Shown one piece after another: positions 47,995 to 58,042 of a stretch of DNA of 64,000 nt. The DNA comes from an uncultured Gammaproteobacteria bacterium (lineage in GTDB: Bacteria; Patescibacteriota; Patescibacteriia; Magasanikbacterales; GWA2-37-8). The notes under the pieces are model-generated. The model did no database searches. It was given only the letters and a program-made list of their open reading frames with translations, and was not told where the DNA came from. The stretch lies in contig CAZBWU010000001.1 of assembly GCA_964496095.1 (NCBI GenBank), positions 48,617 through 112,616 on the forward strand. Reading direction: 5' to 3'. A program made the translations under genes and the position numbers. Every line of letters begins with the position of its first letter. Position 1 is the first letter of the stretch.

Positions 47995-48066
47995 CTCTGG
48001 GGGCTGGGATCGAACCAGCGAAATCCACGTTAACAGCGTGGCGTTGTACCACTCAACTACCCCAGA
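47995..48066 (-). tRNA. tRNA-Asn (anticodon GUU)
   Basis: Reverse complement gives TCTGGGGTAGTTGAGTGGTACAACGCCACGCTGTTAACGTGGATTTCGCTGGTTCGATCCCAGCCCCCAGAG. It has a 7-bp acceptor stem, a D arm, an anticodon stem with loop CUGUUAA, and a T arm GCTGG-TTCGATC-CCAGC. CCA is not encoded. Confidence 0.85.
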
Positions 48067-48232
48067 AAGTATTTAAAAAGCCCGCTTGTGGCGGGCATAG
48101 TTTGTTATACAAAACTACACCTGCCTCAGGAATTATTATTATTCAAATTGTTGTTTAGATTTTTCATAAGAGTTATCATAAATCTTTTACAAACTCCTGT
48201 CAATGAGATTGGAGATTTTTTGCAATTATATT

Positions 48233-49033
48233 TTAAACTAGCAGAGAAGATAAGTTTTGAAGTATAATTCTGCCACGACCATGCTTGCCAAAATTTCCTA
48301 GCATATCTTCAGTTATATTTTGTTGGAAAAAAGGCTCAGTTTTGCCTTCGCGTATGGCCTGAATTAGACCTTGCCAATTTTCAACTTGCTGAAAAATTTT
48401 AGTACGAACAATACCAACCTGTCCATGTAAATGAAAATCTGAGCCACCGATTTTTGGTATGCCGTGTTTATCTGCAATTTCTGAGGCTATCTCATTTTTT
48501 CCATGCTGGATATTATGAGTTTGAATGGCGTCAAAAAGTTTGGAAAAATGGGTTTTATCTTTGTCTGAAAGTTCATCCACTCTATCGTAGGTCATATTTG
48601 AGCGAAGTTTGCCTCCAAATTGGCTAGGGTGGGTGGCCACGGCAATAGCGCCATGGTCATGTATCCATTTGATAACAGTTTCTGGATTTTTGAATCTTGG
48701 AATTTTATTATCTTCGCCTTTCATCAGATCTGGATCAAGCCCAAGACATAAAATATGGGGGAAGTTTAGGTTTTTATCATGGGCTGTTATTTCAACGCCT
48801 GGAACTACAATAACGCCTTCTTTGGCGGCGGCATTTAGAGCTCGGTCTAATCCACGAACAGTATCATGGTCTGTGATGGCGACGCCGTCTAGTCCAGCAT
48901 TTTTTGCATCAATAACCATTTGTTCGGGACTCATGTTCACGATATCAACTCTTCTCCAAAATTCTTTTTTATCCGTGCTAGTGCTAGCTGTATGGCCGTG
49001 AAGATCAAATCCTCCTTCTCTTGTTGGTTTCAT
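48233..49033 (-). CDS. PHP domain metal-dependent phosphoesterase
   Basis: FDLHGHTASTSTD start, then the His/Asp metal ligands of the PHP fold (ITDHD, VATHP, GGSDFH). Confidence 0.75.
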   Translation of the reverse strand: MKPTREGGFDLHGHTASTSTDKKEFWRRVDIVNMSPEQMVIDAKNAGLDGVAITDHDTVRGLDRALNAAAKEGVIVVPGVEITAHDKNLNFPHILCLGLDPDLMKGEDNKIPRFKNPETVIKWIHDHGAIAVATHPSQFGGKLRSNMTYDRVDELSDKDKTHFSKLFDAIQTHNIQHGKNEIASEIADKHGIPKIGGSDFHLHGQVGIVRTKIFQQVENWQGLIQAIREGKTEPFFQQNITEDMLGNFGKHGRGRIILQNLSSLLV

Positions 49034-49165
49034 AATTTTATGAATTTTGTTTACTTAATCTGACTTTATGATATGTTATCATGTATAAGACGTCAAATGT
49101 TATGTAACATTTTTCCCACATCCGTATTATCCTTATATATATAAATATATATACTCACTCGTTCG

Positions 49166-49192
49166 GAAAGAATTAAAATGTTTAATTCTTTC
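49166..49192. promoter_or_regulatory. Perfect 12-bp inverted repeat (GAAAGAATTAAA-atg-TTTAATTCTTTC) upstream of the ECF sigma operon. Candidate operator.
   Basis: Exact palindrome about 30 nt upstream of the sigma factor start codon. It is flanked by an alternating TA tract and by a repeated CTCACT(C)GTT motif. Confidence 0.4.
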
Positions 49193-49224
49193 TCTCACTT
49201 CGTTTGTATATAACTAATTAGTTT

Positions 49225-49740
49225 ATGGAAATTCAGGAAGAACTTCGTTTGGTGCGCCGAGCCAAATCGGGCGAGCGGGAAGCTCTAGCTTTGCTTTGGG
49301 ACGATATCACCCCAAAGCTGTATGGCTATCTAATCAATCAAATGCGTCACAAAGATTTGGCTGAAGATATATGCCAGGAAACTTGGCTCAAGGCAGTGCA
49401 GGCCTTGGGAAATTTCAAAGACAGAGGTGTGAGGTTTAGCGCTTGGGTATTTGCTATCGCTCGTAATGAATGTCGTCAGCATTGGCGCGGAGGCAATAAG
49501 GAAGTTGAACTTGATGTGGATGATATTGATAAAAATAACCAACAATCACATAGCGATGACTACCTGATGATTGAAACTGCTTTTGCCCAAATGTCGGAAG
49601 AAGAAAAAGAAATTGTCAGACTGCGATATTTGGCAGAACTTTCGTTTAAAGAAATTGCCGGTGTGCTTGATATTTCGATGGTGGCGGCTCGGGTGCGTTT
49701 GCATAGAGCCTTGGCTCACGCTCGCGTTATTCTAAAATAA
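49225..49740 (+). CDS. RNA polymerase sigma-70 factor, ECF subfamily
   Basis: Region 2 (EDICQETWLKAVQAL, FSAWVFAIARNE) and region 4 HTH (EKEIVRLRYLAELSFKEIAGVLDIS). Confidence 0.85.
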   Translation: MEIQEELRLVRRAKSGEREALALLWDDITPKLYGYLINQMRHKDLAEDICQETWLKAVQALGNFKDRGVRFSAWVFAIARNECRQHWRGGNKEVELDVDDIDKNNQQSHSDDYLMIETAFAQMSEEEKEIVRLRYLAELSFKEIAGVLDISMVAARVRLHRALAHARVILK

Positions 49741-49745
49741 ATAAT

Positions 49746-51047
49746 ATGTTTTTCAAAAATCCTTTGGATAAAAAATTTGCGCAGTGGGCGAGAGGTAAAA
49801 AAGTTTTGCCACTCAATGCTAGTGTGATGAAAGAAAAGTTTTTGAGTTCTGTAAAGAATAGTGATTTTGTAGAAGTAAAAAAAATACGTCCAGTAATGTT
49901 TAAAAAATTAGTTTTATCTTTTGGGCTTGCGGTGTTAGTTTTGCTCGTGGCTGGGGATATGACGAGAGTAATACTATTTCGTGGAAAAATGGCTGAAGAG
50001 TATGGAATTACACAAATTGGTGGGGTATCTAGGGGAGGTGGGTATGGCGTGACCATGAGTGCGCCTATTGCCGCAAATCGAGATGGGTATAATGAATCTT
50101 TTGATGCCTTGGGGCTTCAGCCGGGTAAAGCTACAGGTTTAGGGTCGAAGGATATAAGAGCACAGAGTCTTATTGGTATGGCTGCAGATAAAGCAACTTC
50201 GTTTGTGAAAGAATTTGTTCAACCGGAGTATCAACAAAATCGTTATTTTGCAACTTCAAATTCAATTAACGACACCCGTGAGTTTTCTAAGTTTACTTAT
50301 AATTCCGCGCTTAAAACTAGAGATGTTGAAGATGTAAGTACTAGAATTTTAACAACCATTCGTGGATACGGTGGGCGCGTGGATGACGCCTCTATTCAAG
50401 AAAAATATAGTTATATAAATTTTGTTGTTCCTAAAGATAATTTACTTCAATTTAAAACAGAGATCAAAGGCATGGTGGGTAAAAGGTTTTATGTAGAGAG
50501 TTTGCATATTCAAAATTTGCTTCCAGAGAAAGTTGCGATAGAGGAATCAACAGAAGTGGTAAATAAAAATTTAATTGACCTTCAAGATAAGCTGAAAGAA
50601 TTTACTGAGAAACATGGTAAAACTATCGCTGGTTTACAGCGGGATTTAGGCAGTGTAAATGGCAGGATTGCAAAATTAAACGCAGAAGTAACGTCTGACC
50701 CAGAGCGTCAAAAACAAATTAAAGTTGAAATTGCAGCCCTTGCTGCTCGTCAAGGAGTTTTGCAGCGGCAAATTATAAGTGAAAATAATAGATATAATTT
50801 TGATAAAGCAAGCATGGAACAATATATTAAAAGCACCCAGGCTAAGTTGGATAACTTAGATACACAAGAAAAAAATTTGTTGGATAATGTAGAGACCGTG
50901 CAAGGTTATGTGGCAGTACAATGGATAAGTGTTTGGCAAATGATAAATATTTATATTCCGCATTTGTGGGCTTGGGTGGTTGGGGCTATTGTTTTACTTC
51001 TTATATTTAATTACTTCAGTAAGCGGAGGACGATACAGGCTTGGTAG
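49746..51047 (+). CDS. Putative anti-sigma factor or membrane protein. It has an N-terminal TM, a long coiled-coil and a C-terminal TM, and is DUF4349-like.
   Basis: It starts 6 nt after the sigma factor stop. Hydrophobic helices are near residues 50-70 and at the extreme C-terminus, with a long heptad-rich region between. Confidence 0.5.
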   Translation: MFFKNPLDKKFAQWARGKKVLPLNASVMKEKFLSSVKNSDFVEVKKIRPVMFKKLVLSFGLAVLVLLVAGDMTRVILFRGKMAEEYGITQIGGVSRGGGYGVTMSAPIAANRDGYNESFDALGLQPGKATGLGSKDIRAQSLIGMAADKATSFVKEFVQPEYQQNRYFATSNSINDTREFSKFTYNSALKTRDVEDVSTRILTTIRGYGGRVDDASIQEKYSYINFVVPKDNLLQFKTEIKGMVGKRFYVESLHIQNLLPEKVAIEESTEVVNKNLIDLQDKLKEFTEKHGKTIAGLQRDLGSVNGRIAKLNAEVTSDPERQKQIKVEIAALAARQGVLQRQIISENNRYNFDKASMEQYIKSTQAKLDNLDTQEKNLLDNVETVQGYVAVQWISVWQMINIYIPHLWAWVVGAIVLLLIFNYFSKRRTIQAW

Positions 51048-51490
51048 TTTAATCCACCTTTTGTAACCAAAAGCTGGAGGGAAAAGTTTCCGAGACAGAT
51101 GAAACAGATAAGATAGTTTGGGATTCGCCGTCACTCTGGTTGTGAACTCAACCACCTTTCTATAAAAGGTGGTCTCAAACAGCACAACCAGTCCCAGTAA
51201 GCCGTAAAAGCGGCTTACTGGCGACCGTTCCGTCTCATCTCCAAATTATAAACTTACTGTTTCATACGCTCGGACAGACAACCGCCGTTGTCCGTGCGAG
51301 CCTTGAAATTACGAGGCAAGCAGACAGAGACGAGCTGGAGCGGTTCTTCAAAAGAATCCGCCCTGCTGTTTGAGTCCGCCCGAGGCGGATGAGTTCAGGG
51401 CGGAAGTGAGGGTGAGGCCTGTCTGGCTCCGAGTAATTTCACTAGCTCGCGCTTCTTGTTTACTTCTTGTAAAGAAGTAAAGTAAGATGT
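51048..51490 (+). ncRNA. Structured intergenic element, copy B (candidate 5' leader of proS)
   Basis: Hairpin taatccacc-CTTTTG-taac-CAAAAG at 51050-51074. The core at 51267-51487 is homologous to the reverse complement of 26759-26984, with compensatory substitutions in stems. It ends about 65 nt before the proS start codon. Confidence 0.4.
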
Positions 51491-51551
51491 TTGCCAAGAA
51501 TAAAAACAAATGCTAGAATTGGTAAAGATTTTACTAATATATTAGGTTTAT

Positions 51552-52787
51552 ATGCGTTATTCTCAGATGTTTGGAAAAACGACCAAGAGTGCCCAGGCTG
51601 ATGCCGACAGTGCCAATGCCAAGTTTCTTACTCAGGGCGGTTTTGTTGATCAAGAAATGGCTGGTGTCTACACCTGGTTACCTTTGGGTTTGCATGTACT
51701 TCGTAAAGTAGAGCAGATCGTGCGTGAAGAGATGAATGCGCTGGGAGCATTGGAAATCTTTATGCCAAGCTTGCAGCCAAAAGAATATTGGGAGAAAACC
51801 AAACGCTGGGAAGGTGTAGATATACTTTTTAAATTGAAGTCACAAACTGACAAGGATTATGCGCTGGGTTGTACTCATGAAGAAGTGGTGACACCACTTG
51901 TGCAGAAGTTTATTCAATCATACAAAGAACTACCTTTGGCTGTTTATCAGATTAATACCAAATTTCGCGATGAGTTGCGAGCCAAGTCCGGTGTTTTGCG
52001 CGGGCGTGAATTTCGTATGAAAGACATGTATAGTTTTCATACTTCTCAAGAAGATTTAGAAAAATTTTATCATCGCGCTTTGCAAGCCTATGTAAAAGTT
52101 TTTTCTCGCTGTGGAATGAATGTCAAAGTGGTGCAGGCAAGTGGTGGTATTTTTACTTCCAATATCAGTCATGAATTTCAAGCTATCACACCAGCCGGTG
52201 AAGATAATTTGATTGCCTGTGAAGTTTGTTCTTTTGGACAAAATGTTGAGATTGCAACTGTCAAAGAAGGTGAAGCCTGCCCAGAGTGTAGTGGCAAACT
52301 TATTAAAACCAAAGGTATTGAGGTGGGAAATATTTTTGATTTAGGAACTAAATATACAGACGCTTTTGAGTTTGATGTAAATAATGCTGAAGGAAAAGTA
52401 CAGCGTGTTTTAATGGGTTGTTATGGTATTGGTACTTCGAGACTGGTGGGAGCGATTGTAGAAACTTTCCATGATGACAAGGGTATTATTTGGCCAGAGT
52501 CTGTAGCTCCATACAAAGTCCATTTAGTTTCTTTAGGTAATGATGAAGCTGTAAAACAAGAAGCCGAAAAATTATATAATGAATTATTATCTAAAGGCAT
52601 TGAAGTTTTATTTGATGACCGCGATGCTTCGGCTGGCGCCAAGTTGGCTGATGCAGATTTGATTGGCGTGCCTTGGAGAGTAGTTGTTTCCAAAAAAACT
52701 TTGGCTGAAGGTAGTGTGGAATTAAAAGAGAGAAATAAAAGCGAAGCGGAGATGGTGAAGTTGAGTGAAATTTTAAACAAGATTTAA
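51552..52787 (+). CDS. proS: Proline--tRNA ligase (short form without INS editing domain)
   Basis: Class II motifs. The N-terminus MRYSQMFGKTTK...FLTQGGFVDQEMAGVYTWLPLG matches ProS. 411 aa with a C-terminal anticodon-binding domain. Confidence 0.9.
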   Translation: MRYSQMFGKTTKSAQADADSANAKFLTQGGFVDQEMAGVYTWLPLGLHVLRKVEQIVREEMNALGALEIFMPSLQPKEYWEKTKRWEGVDILFKLKSQTDKDYALGCTHEEVVTPLVQKFIQSYKELPLAVYQINTKFRDELRAKSGVLRGREFRMKDMYSFHTSQEDLEKFYHRALQAYVKVFSRCGMNVKVVQASGGIFTSNISHEFQAITPAGEDNLIACEVCSFGQNVEIATVKEGEACPECSGKLIKTKGIEVGNIFDLGTKYTDAFEFDVNNAEGKVQRVLMGCYGIGTSRLVGAIVETFHDDKGIIWPESVAPYKVHLVSLGNDEAVKQEAEKLYNELLSKGIEVLFDDRDASAGAKLADADLIGVPWRVVVSKKTLAEGSVELKERNKSEAEMVKLSEILNKI

Positions 52788-52792
52788 ACAAT

Positions 52793-52822
52793 TAAAAAAC
52801 CTCCCAATAGGGAGGTTTTTTA
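52793..52822. terminator. Bidirectional rho-independent terminator
   Basis: CCTCCC-aata-GGGAGG flanked by AAAAAA and TTTTTT. Confidence 0.85.
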
Positions 52823-52841
52823 ATTTAGTTAAGTGTGATTT

Positions 52842-53249
52842 TTATAAATCCTCATCTTTTCTGCGAACGATTCTCCAGTGAATAAAGAAGAGAGGGATAG
52901 CTACAACCATCATAGAAATATCACGCACGATATTCATTTGTCTTTGGGCTATTCTATTTTGTTCCTCATTTTTTTGGTTCATTGTTTCTTGCGCTTCGCA
53001 ATCCTTGACTCTCTGAGCTTTTATTTCTGGATCAGAAATTTCTACTCCTTTTTCATTATAATATGGCATTGTAGGACAAGGAGCTCGGTAAGTGTAAGTG
53101 TCTGCTTTGGTAAATACCCAAGTTTTGAGAGCGATGTTTATCATATCCGCTCCGGACCAGACCACCATCATGAGTGCGACAAACGAAACTAGGTAGAAGT
53201 AGATACTTTTGATAGTTTTACCTTTTGAGTTTGCGGGTTGGTTGTCCAT
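52842..53249 (-). CDS. Small membrane protein, hypothetical
   Basis: 135 aa with two TM helices. Confidence 0.4.
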   Translation of the reverse strand: MDNQPANSKGKTIKSIYFYLVSFVALMMVVWSGADMINIALKTWVFTKADTYTYRAPCPTMPYYNEKGVEISDPEIKAQRVKDCEAQETMNQKNEEQNRIAQRQMNIVRDISMMVVAIPLFFIHWRIVRRKDEDL

Positions 53250-53264
53250 ACTTTTTTATAATTA

Positions 53265-54392
53265 TTAAATTAATCCCATTTTCTTTTTTACTTCTTCTAT
53301 TTTTTGTTTAGCTACCGCCTTGGCTTTTTCGGCGCCATTTTCCAAAATATTTCTTACCTTATCATCATCGAGCGCATTGAATTTATTTTGGAAGTCAGTG
53401 GTAAAATCTGTGACAACTTTGGTTAATCCTTTTTTGAAATCAGCGTAACCTTTGCCTGAATATTCTTTTTCTATTGTTTTGATAGGTTGGTTTGAGAGGA
53501 GAGAATAGATAGTAAGTAGGTTGGTCAGGGCTGGTCTATCAGCGCCAGATTCTATGGTGATACCGGAGTCTGTCACCGCACGACTGATTTTTTTGGCTAT
53601 TACTTCTGGAGGGTCAAGTAGGGCGATATAGCTGTTGGCGCTGGTAGCGCTCTTGCTCATTTTTTTGGTTGGGTCGTCTAGTCCCATAATGCGTGCGCCT
53701 TCTTTTTGGATGAGTGGTTCTGGCTCGATAAATGTTTTGCCGTAGAGCGAATTAAATCTTGCGGCCAAATCACGAGTCAGTTCTACATGTTGTTTTTGGT
53801 CGTCGCCGACAGGGACAACTTGAGTACTATATAGTAGGATGTCTGCGGCCATTAGAACTGGGTAAGTAAATAAGCCGACGCTAGCACTTTCACGATTTTG
53901 TTTATGTTTTAAATCTACTTTTTTTATTAAAAAGTTTAACTTCTCGTCTTCATTGTCGATTTTCTTTAATGTTTCTAATTCTTCCTGACTAAATTCTTTT
54001 GGACTATTTATAAGCAAAAAAGTTAATTTTAATCTGTCATCATAAGATATTCCTGCCTTATCTTTGAACTGTGTCATGCGTTCCAGTTCACCCATTTTAG
54101 CAATAGTATTGAGTAGCCATCCCAGCTCTACGTGTTCCTTAACATGTGATTGAACAAAAATAGTAGACTTGTCTGGGTCAATGCCGAGTGCCAAATACGT
54201 TTTGGCAACATTTAATACATTTTGGCGGAGTTCTTTTGGGTCTTGTTTGACAGTAATAGCGTGAAGATCGACAACGCAATAAAAAGTCTCGTGGGAATTT
54301 TGTAGTTCTACCCAGTTTTTCATAGCTCCTAGGTAGTTGCCTAGGTGCAGATTATTAGTTGGTTGTACACCGGAGAAGGCTCGTTTCAACAT
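53265..54392 (-). CDS. trpS: Tryptophan--tRNA ligase
   Basis: HIGH-type motif (GVQPTNNLHLGNYLG), the KMSKS motif and the GDDQKQH region. Confidence 0.9.
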   Translation of the reverse strand: MLKRAFSGVQPTNNLHLGNYLGAMKNWVELQNSHETFYCVVDLHAITVKQDPKELRQNVLNVAKTYLALGIDPDKSTIFVQSHVKEHVELGWLLNTIAKMGELERMTQFKDKAGISYDDRLKLTFLLINSPKEFSQEELETLKKIDNEDEKLNFLIKKVDLKHKQNRESASVGLFTYPVLMAADILLYSTQVVPVGDDQKQHVELTRDLAARFNSLYGKTFIEPEPLIQKEGARIMGLDDPTKKMSKSATSANSYIALLDPPEVIAKKISRAVTDSGITIESGADRPALTNLLTIYSLLSNQPIKTIEKEYSGKGYADFKKGLTKVVTDFTTDFQNKFNALDDDKVRNILENGAEKAKAVAKQKIEEVKKKMGLI

Positions 54393-54403
54393 ATATTACA
54401 AGT

Positions 54404-54901
54404 TTAATCTGGGTAATAACCCCATTTTTTATGCTCAGAATTATAGAAATGAGAGGTGCTTTCTGCACCTACATAGTATAGTACTTTGAAAGCTTGGTCA
54501 GACTCTTTGTGATAGGAAAAATGTTTTTGTAGTTTTGGAAAGGAAAAAGTGTAAGCGGACAAATCATTAGGGAAATTTCCTGTTGCAACCTTCTGTTCAT
54601 ATGCGAATGCGATGATATTTGCCGCTTCTTCTTTTAGGTACAGTAATTTAAATTCTAGGTACAGTTGAGTGGGAATGAGTATGAGGGCAATAAGTAAAAG
54701 TAGGCCTAAGGCAATTTCTTTTTGTTTTTTAACTATCAACAGAGTGAGGGGGATAATGTTAAGCGCGACCAACCATAATAACCCGGCGGAGGCAACTTCC
54801 CCCACTGTTTCAAAGGCCAGTTTTGCGCAAAAAAATTCTAAGACAATTAATAAAAAGACCGATATAAATAAGAAGACCTGGCTGATTATATTTTTGGACA
54901 T
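54404..54901 (-). CDS. Membrane protein, hypothetical
   Basis: 165 aa with three N-terminal TM helices. Confidence 0.4.
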   Translation of the reverse strand: MSKNIISQVFLFISVFLLIVLEFFCAKLAFETVGEVASAGLLWLVALNIIPLTLLIVKKQKEIALGLLLLIALILIPTQLYLEFKLLYLKEEAANIIAFAYEQKVATGNFPNDLSAYTFSFPKLQKHFSYHKESDQAFKVLYYVGAESTSHFYNSEHKKWGYYPD

Positions 54902-54960
54902 ATCTTTACCTTAAGACGTTGATAGTATAAGTGTACCTAATAAAGCCGGGCTTGTAAATA

Positions 54961-55440
54961 TTAATAATGATAATTTCGGCCATTATTTATAGTCATAGCC
55001 CGATAGATTTGTTCCCACAAAAACACCCGCGCCATTTGGTGGGTAAATGTCATTGAAGATAAAGAAAGTTTTAGGTTTGCAAGTTTGAGAACTGATTCGT
55101 CCAGCCCAAGAGGTCCGCCGATAATAAAAGTAAAACTGTTAAATTGTTGATTGGATAATTGGTTAAGTTGCGTGGCGAATTGGGTAGAAGAAAAACTTTT
55201 GCCGTGTTCGTCTAGTACGATGACGAAGTTATCTTTTATTTTATTAAGAGTAGTGATAATTTTTTCTGCCTCTTTTTGCTTTATGCTTTCCGGCTTGTCT
55301 TTGTCAGAAAAAGATTCTTCTCGTAGTTCGTAAATATTAACTTTTGCCCAAGTTTGGAGACGTTTAAGATATTCAGCTTCCGCTTCTTGCCAAAATTTTT
55401 CTTTGAGTTTTCCTAGTACTATTAGGTTTAGGTGTAGCAT
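54961..55440 (-). CDS. rlmH: 23S rRNA (pseudouridine1915-N3)-methyltransferase RlmH
   Basis: SPOUT/RlmH pattern (LIVLGKLKEK...FVIVLDEHGK...FTFIIGGPLGL...LSLSSMTFTHQMARV). 159 aa. Confidence 0.85.
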   Translation of the reverse strand: MLHLNLIVLGKLKEKFWQEAEAEYLKRLQTWAKVNIYELREESFSDKDKPESIKQKEAEKIITTLNKIKDNFVIVLDEHGKSFSSTQFATQLNQLSNQQFNSFTFIIGGPLGLDESVLKLANLKLSLSSMTFTHQMARVFLWEQIYRAMTINNGRNYHY

Positions 55441-55564
55441 GAAAAATAGCTAATTACTTACAAAATATAGCATATTTTTTGAAATTTAGTCAAAAATTTA
55501 CATTGACAAAAGGGCATTTTTATGGTAAACTTTAGTAAGTTATAGTTTAGTCTTAATATAAAAT

Positions 55565-55927
55565 ATGACGGAAAAATCACGAGGAAACGAGCGTAATAGG
55601 GAAAGGTGGAGATTGTACGATCAAGGCTATGCAAATGCTTATGCTGATCCCGAATGTCGTGCAACTTTAGGTTATCTTAAAAGGTTAGCTCCTGACTACA
55701 GCAGTAAAGGTGACAGATTTAGAGTAAAAGGAGCAGAGGGTGATTTGAAGGGAGTATACGTGCAAATTTTATCTATTAATGAGGCTGATAATACTGTAAC
55801 TATTGATGTTGGAAAGTTAGGAGTTGAACGTACGGTGCCGATTTCATATTTACTTGATGATGAAAAGGCTGAGGTGTATATAGAAAAATCTGGCGCATTG
55901 GATGTTCCGTTCGGTGATGAAAAGTAA
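55565..55927 (+). CDS. Hypothetical protein
   Basis: 120-aa ORF, no motif. Confidence 0.35.
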   Translation: MTEKSRGNERNRERWRLYDQGYANAYADPECRATLGYLKRLAPDYSSKGDRFRVKGAEGDLKGVYVQILSINEADNTVTIDVGKLGVERTVPISYLLDDEKAEVYIEKSGALDVPFGDEK

Positions 55928-55951
55928 TTTTAACATTTTAAGTAAAAAAAT

Positions 55952-56131
55952 ATGTCAGAACGAAGTCTCACAGCCCGTTTGTTAGAAGTAGTTCAGGGGT
56001 ACAAAAGTGTATTAAGAAATAATAAGCTGTCAGAACAAGAGCTAGGAGGTAGTAAAGGACCGGATGTGCAGGATACTAATCAAGGAAAACCTAACTCTGA
56101 AGATGAGGTAAATCTGAGAACAGAGAAATGA
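55952..56131 (+). CDS. Small hypothetical ORF (59 aa). Not in the supplied track.
   Basis: ATG-initiated ORF (MSERSLTARLLEVVQGYKSV...) in an otherwise empty 250-nt gap. Weak. Confidence 0.2.
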   Translation: MSERSLTARLLEVVQGYKSVLRNNKLSEQELGGSKGPDVQDTNQGKPNSEDEVNLRTEK

Positions 56132-56176
56132 AGTAATAAAATACATTCATTGAGATTTTTAAGATAATGTATTTTG

Positions 56177-57397
<1,221 letters not shown>

Positions 57398-57466
57398 TCA
57401 ACCCTATGGCCTCAAGAGAAAAGATGTGGTAGTATTTATGTGATAAATTTTAAACTGAATTGTATG

Positions 57467-58003
57467 CCGGGTGATAAAGGGTCTAGGGAAAAGCCACCAG
57501 CAGGAGATATTGTTATTGCGGACGCAGAATATGAACGTAGGGTAGCTGAGGTAAGGAGAAGTGATCCGCGCTTAGGCCTTTCTGGTCTAAGTGGTAAAAA
57601 AAGTCCAGACGCTCCCCAAGACAATCAACAAAAAGGTTTAAGAGTGGGTGATCAATTGCGTCCTAAGGCTTCTCCTGTTACTGAATCTCCTCGACCAGCT
57701 ACAAAACCAGCAAAGCCTAGTTATGGTACTGTAAAAGAGGCGCACATAGATTCTGGCAAACCTACCCAGGACTCCATAAAAGAAACTGAAAGAGGTAGAG
57801 TTAAAGAAGTTATAAGAACTTTTTTAGCTGATTTTATAGTTAGAATTAATTTTAAATTAGATTTTGCTGACAAAGATGGTCAGTATTTGTTAACTTTATA
57901 TCGTCAAGACAACACTGGCAAAGATAATCCAGAACCTTTTGAAGGAACTGAAAATGGTATTATGTATAAACTTCGTGCTTATATGGAAGCTGAAAAATTT
58001 TAG
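57467..58003 (+). CDS. Hypothetical Pro/Lys-rich protein
   Basis: The ORF from the internal ATG (MPGDKGSREKPPAG...) avoids overlap with tgt. Low-complexity N-terminal half. Confidence 0.3.
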   Translation, partial: PGDKGSREKPPAGDIVIADAEYERRVAEVRRSDPRLGLSGLSGKKSPDAPQDNQQKGLRVGDQLRPKASPVTESPRPATKPAKPSYGTVKEAHIDSGKPTQDSIKETERGRVKEVIRTFLADFIVRINFKLDFADKDGQYLLTLYRQDNTGKDNPEPFEGTENGIMYKLRAYMEAEKF

Positions 58004-58042
58004 AAGAAACCAATTGAATAACATTTATTTCCAATTTCATCT

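Noticed and set aside
51250-51551. T-box riboswitch upstream of proS
   Set aside because: The context (aminoacyl-tRNA synthetase leader) fits. However, the conserved T-box sequence AATTAGGGTGGNACCGCG and an obvious terminator/antiterminator alternative are not present in either copy.
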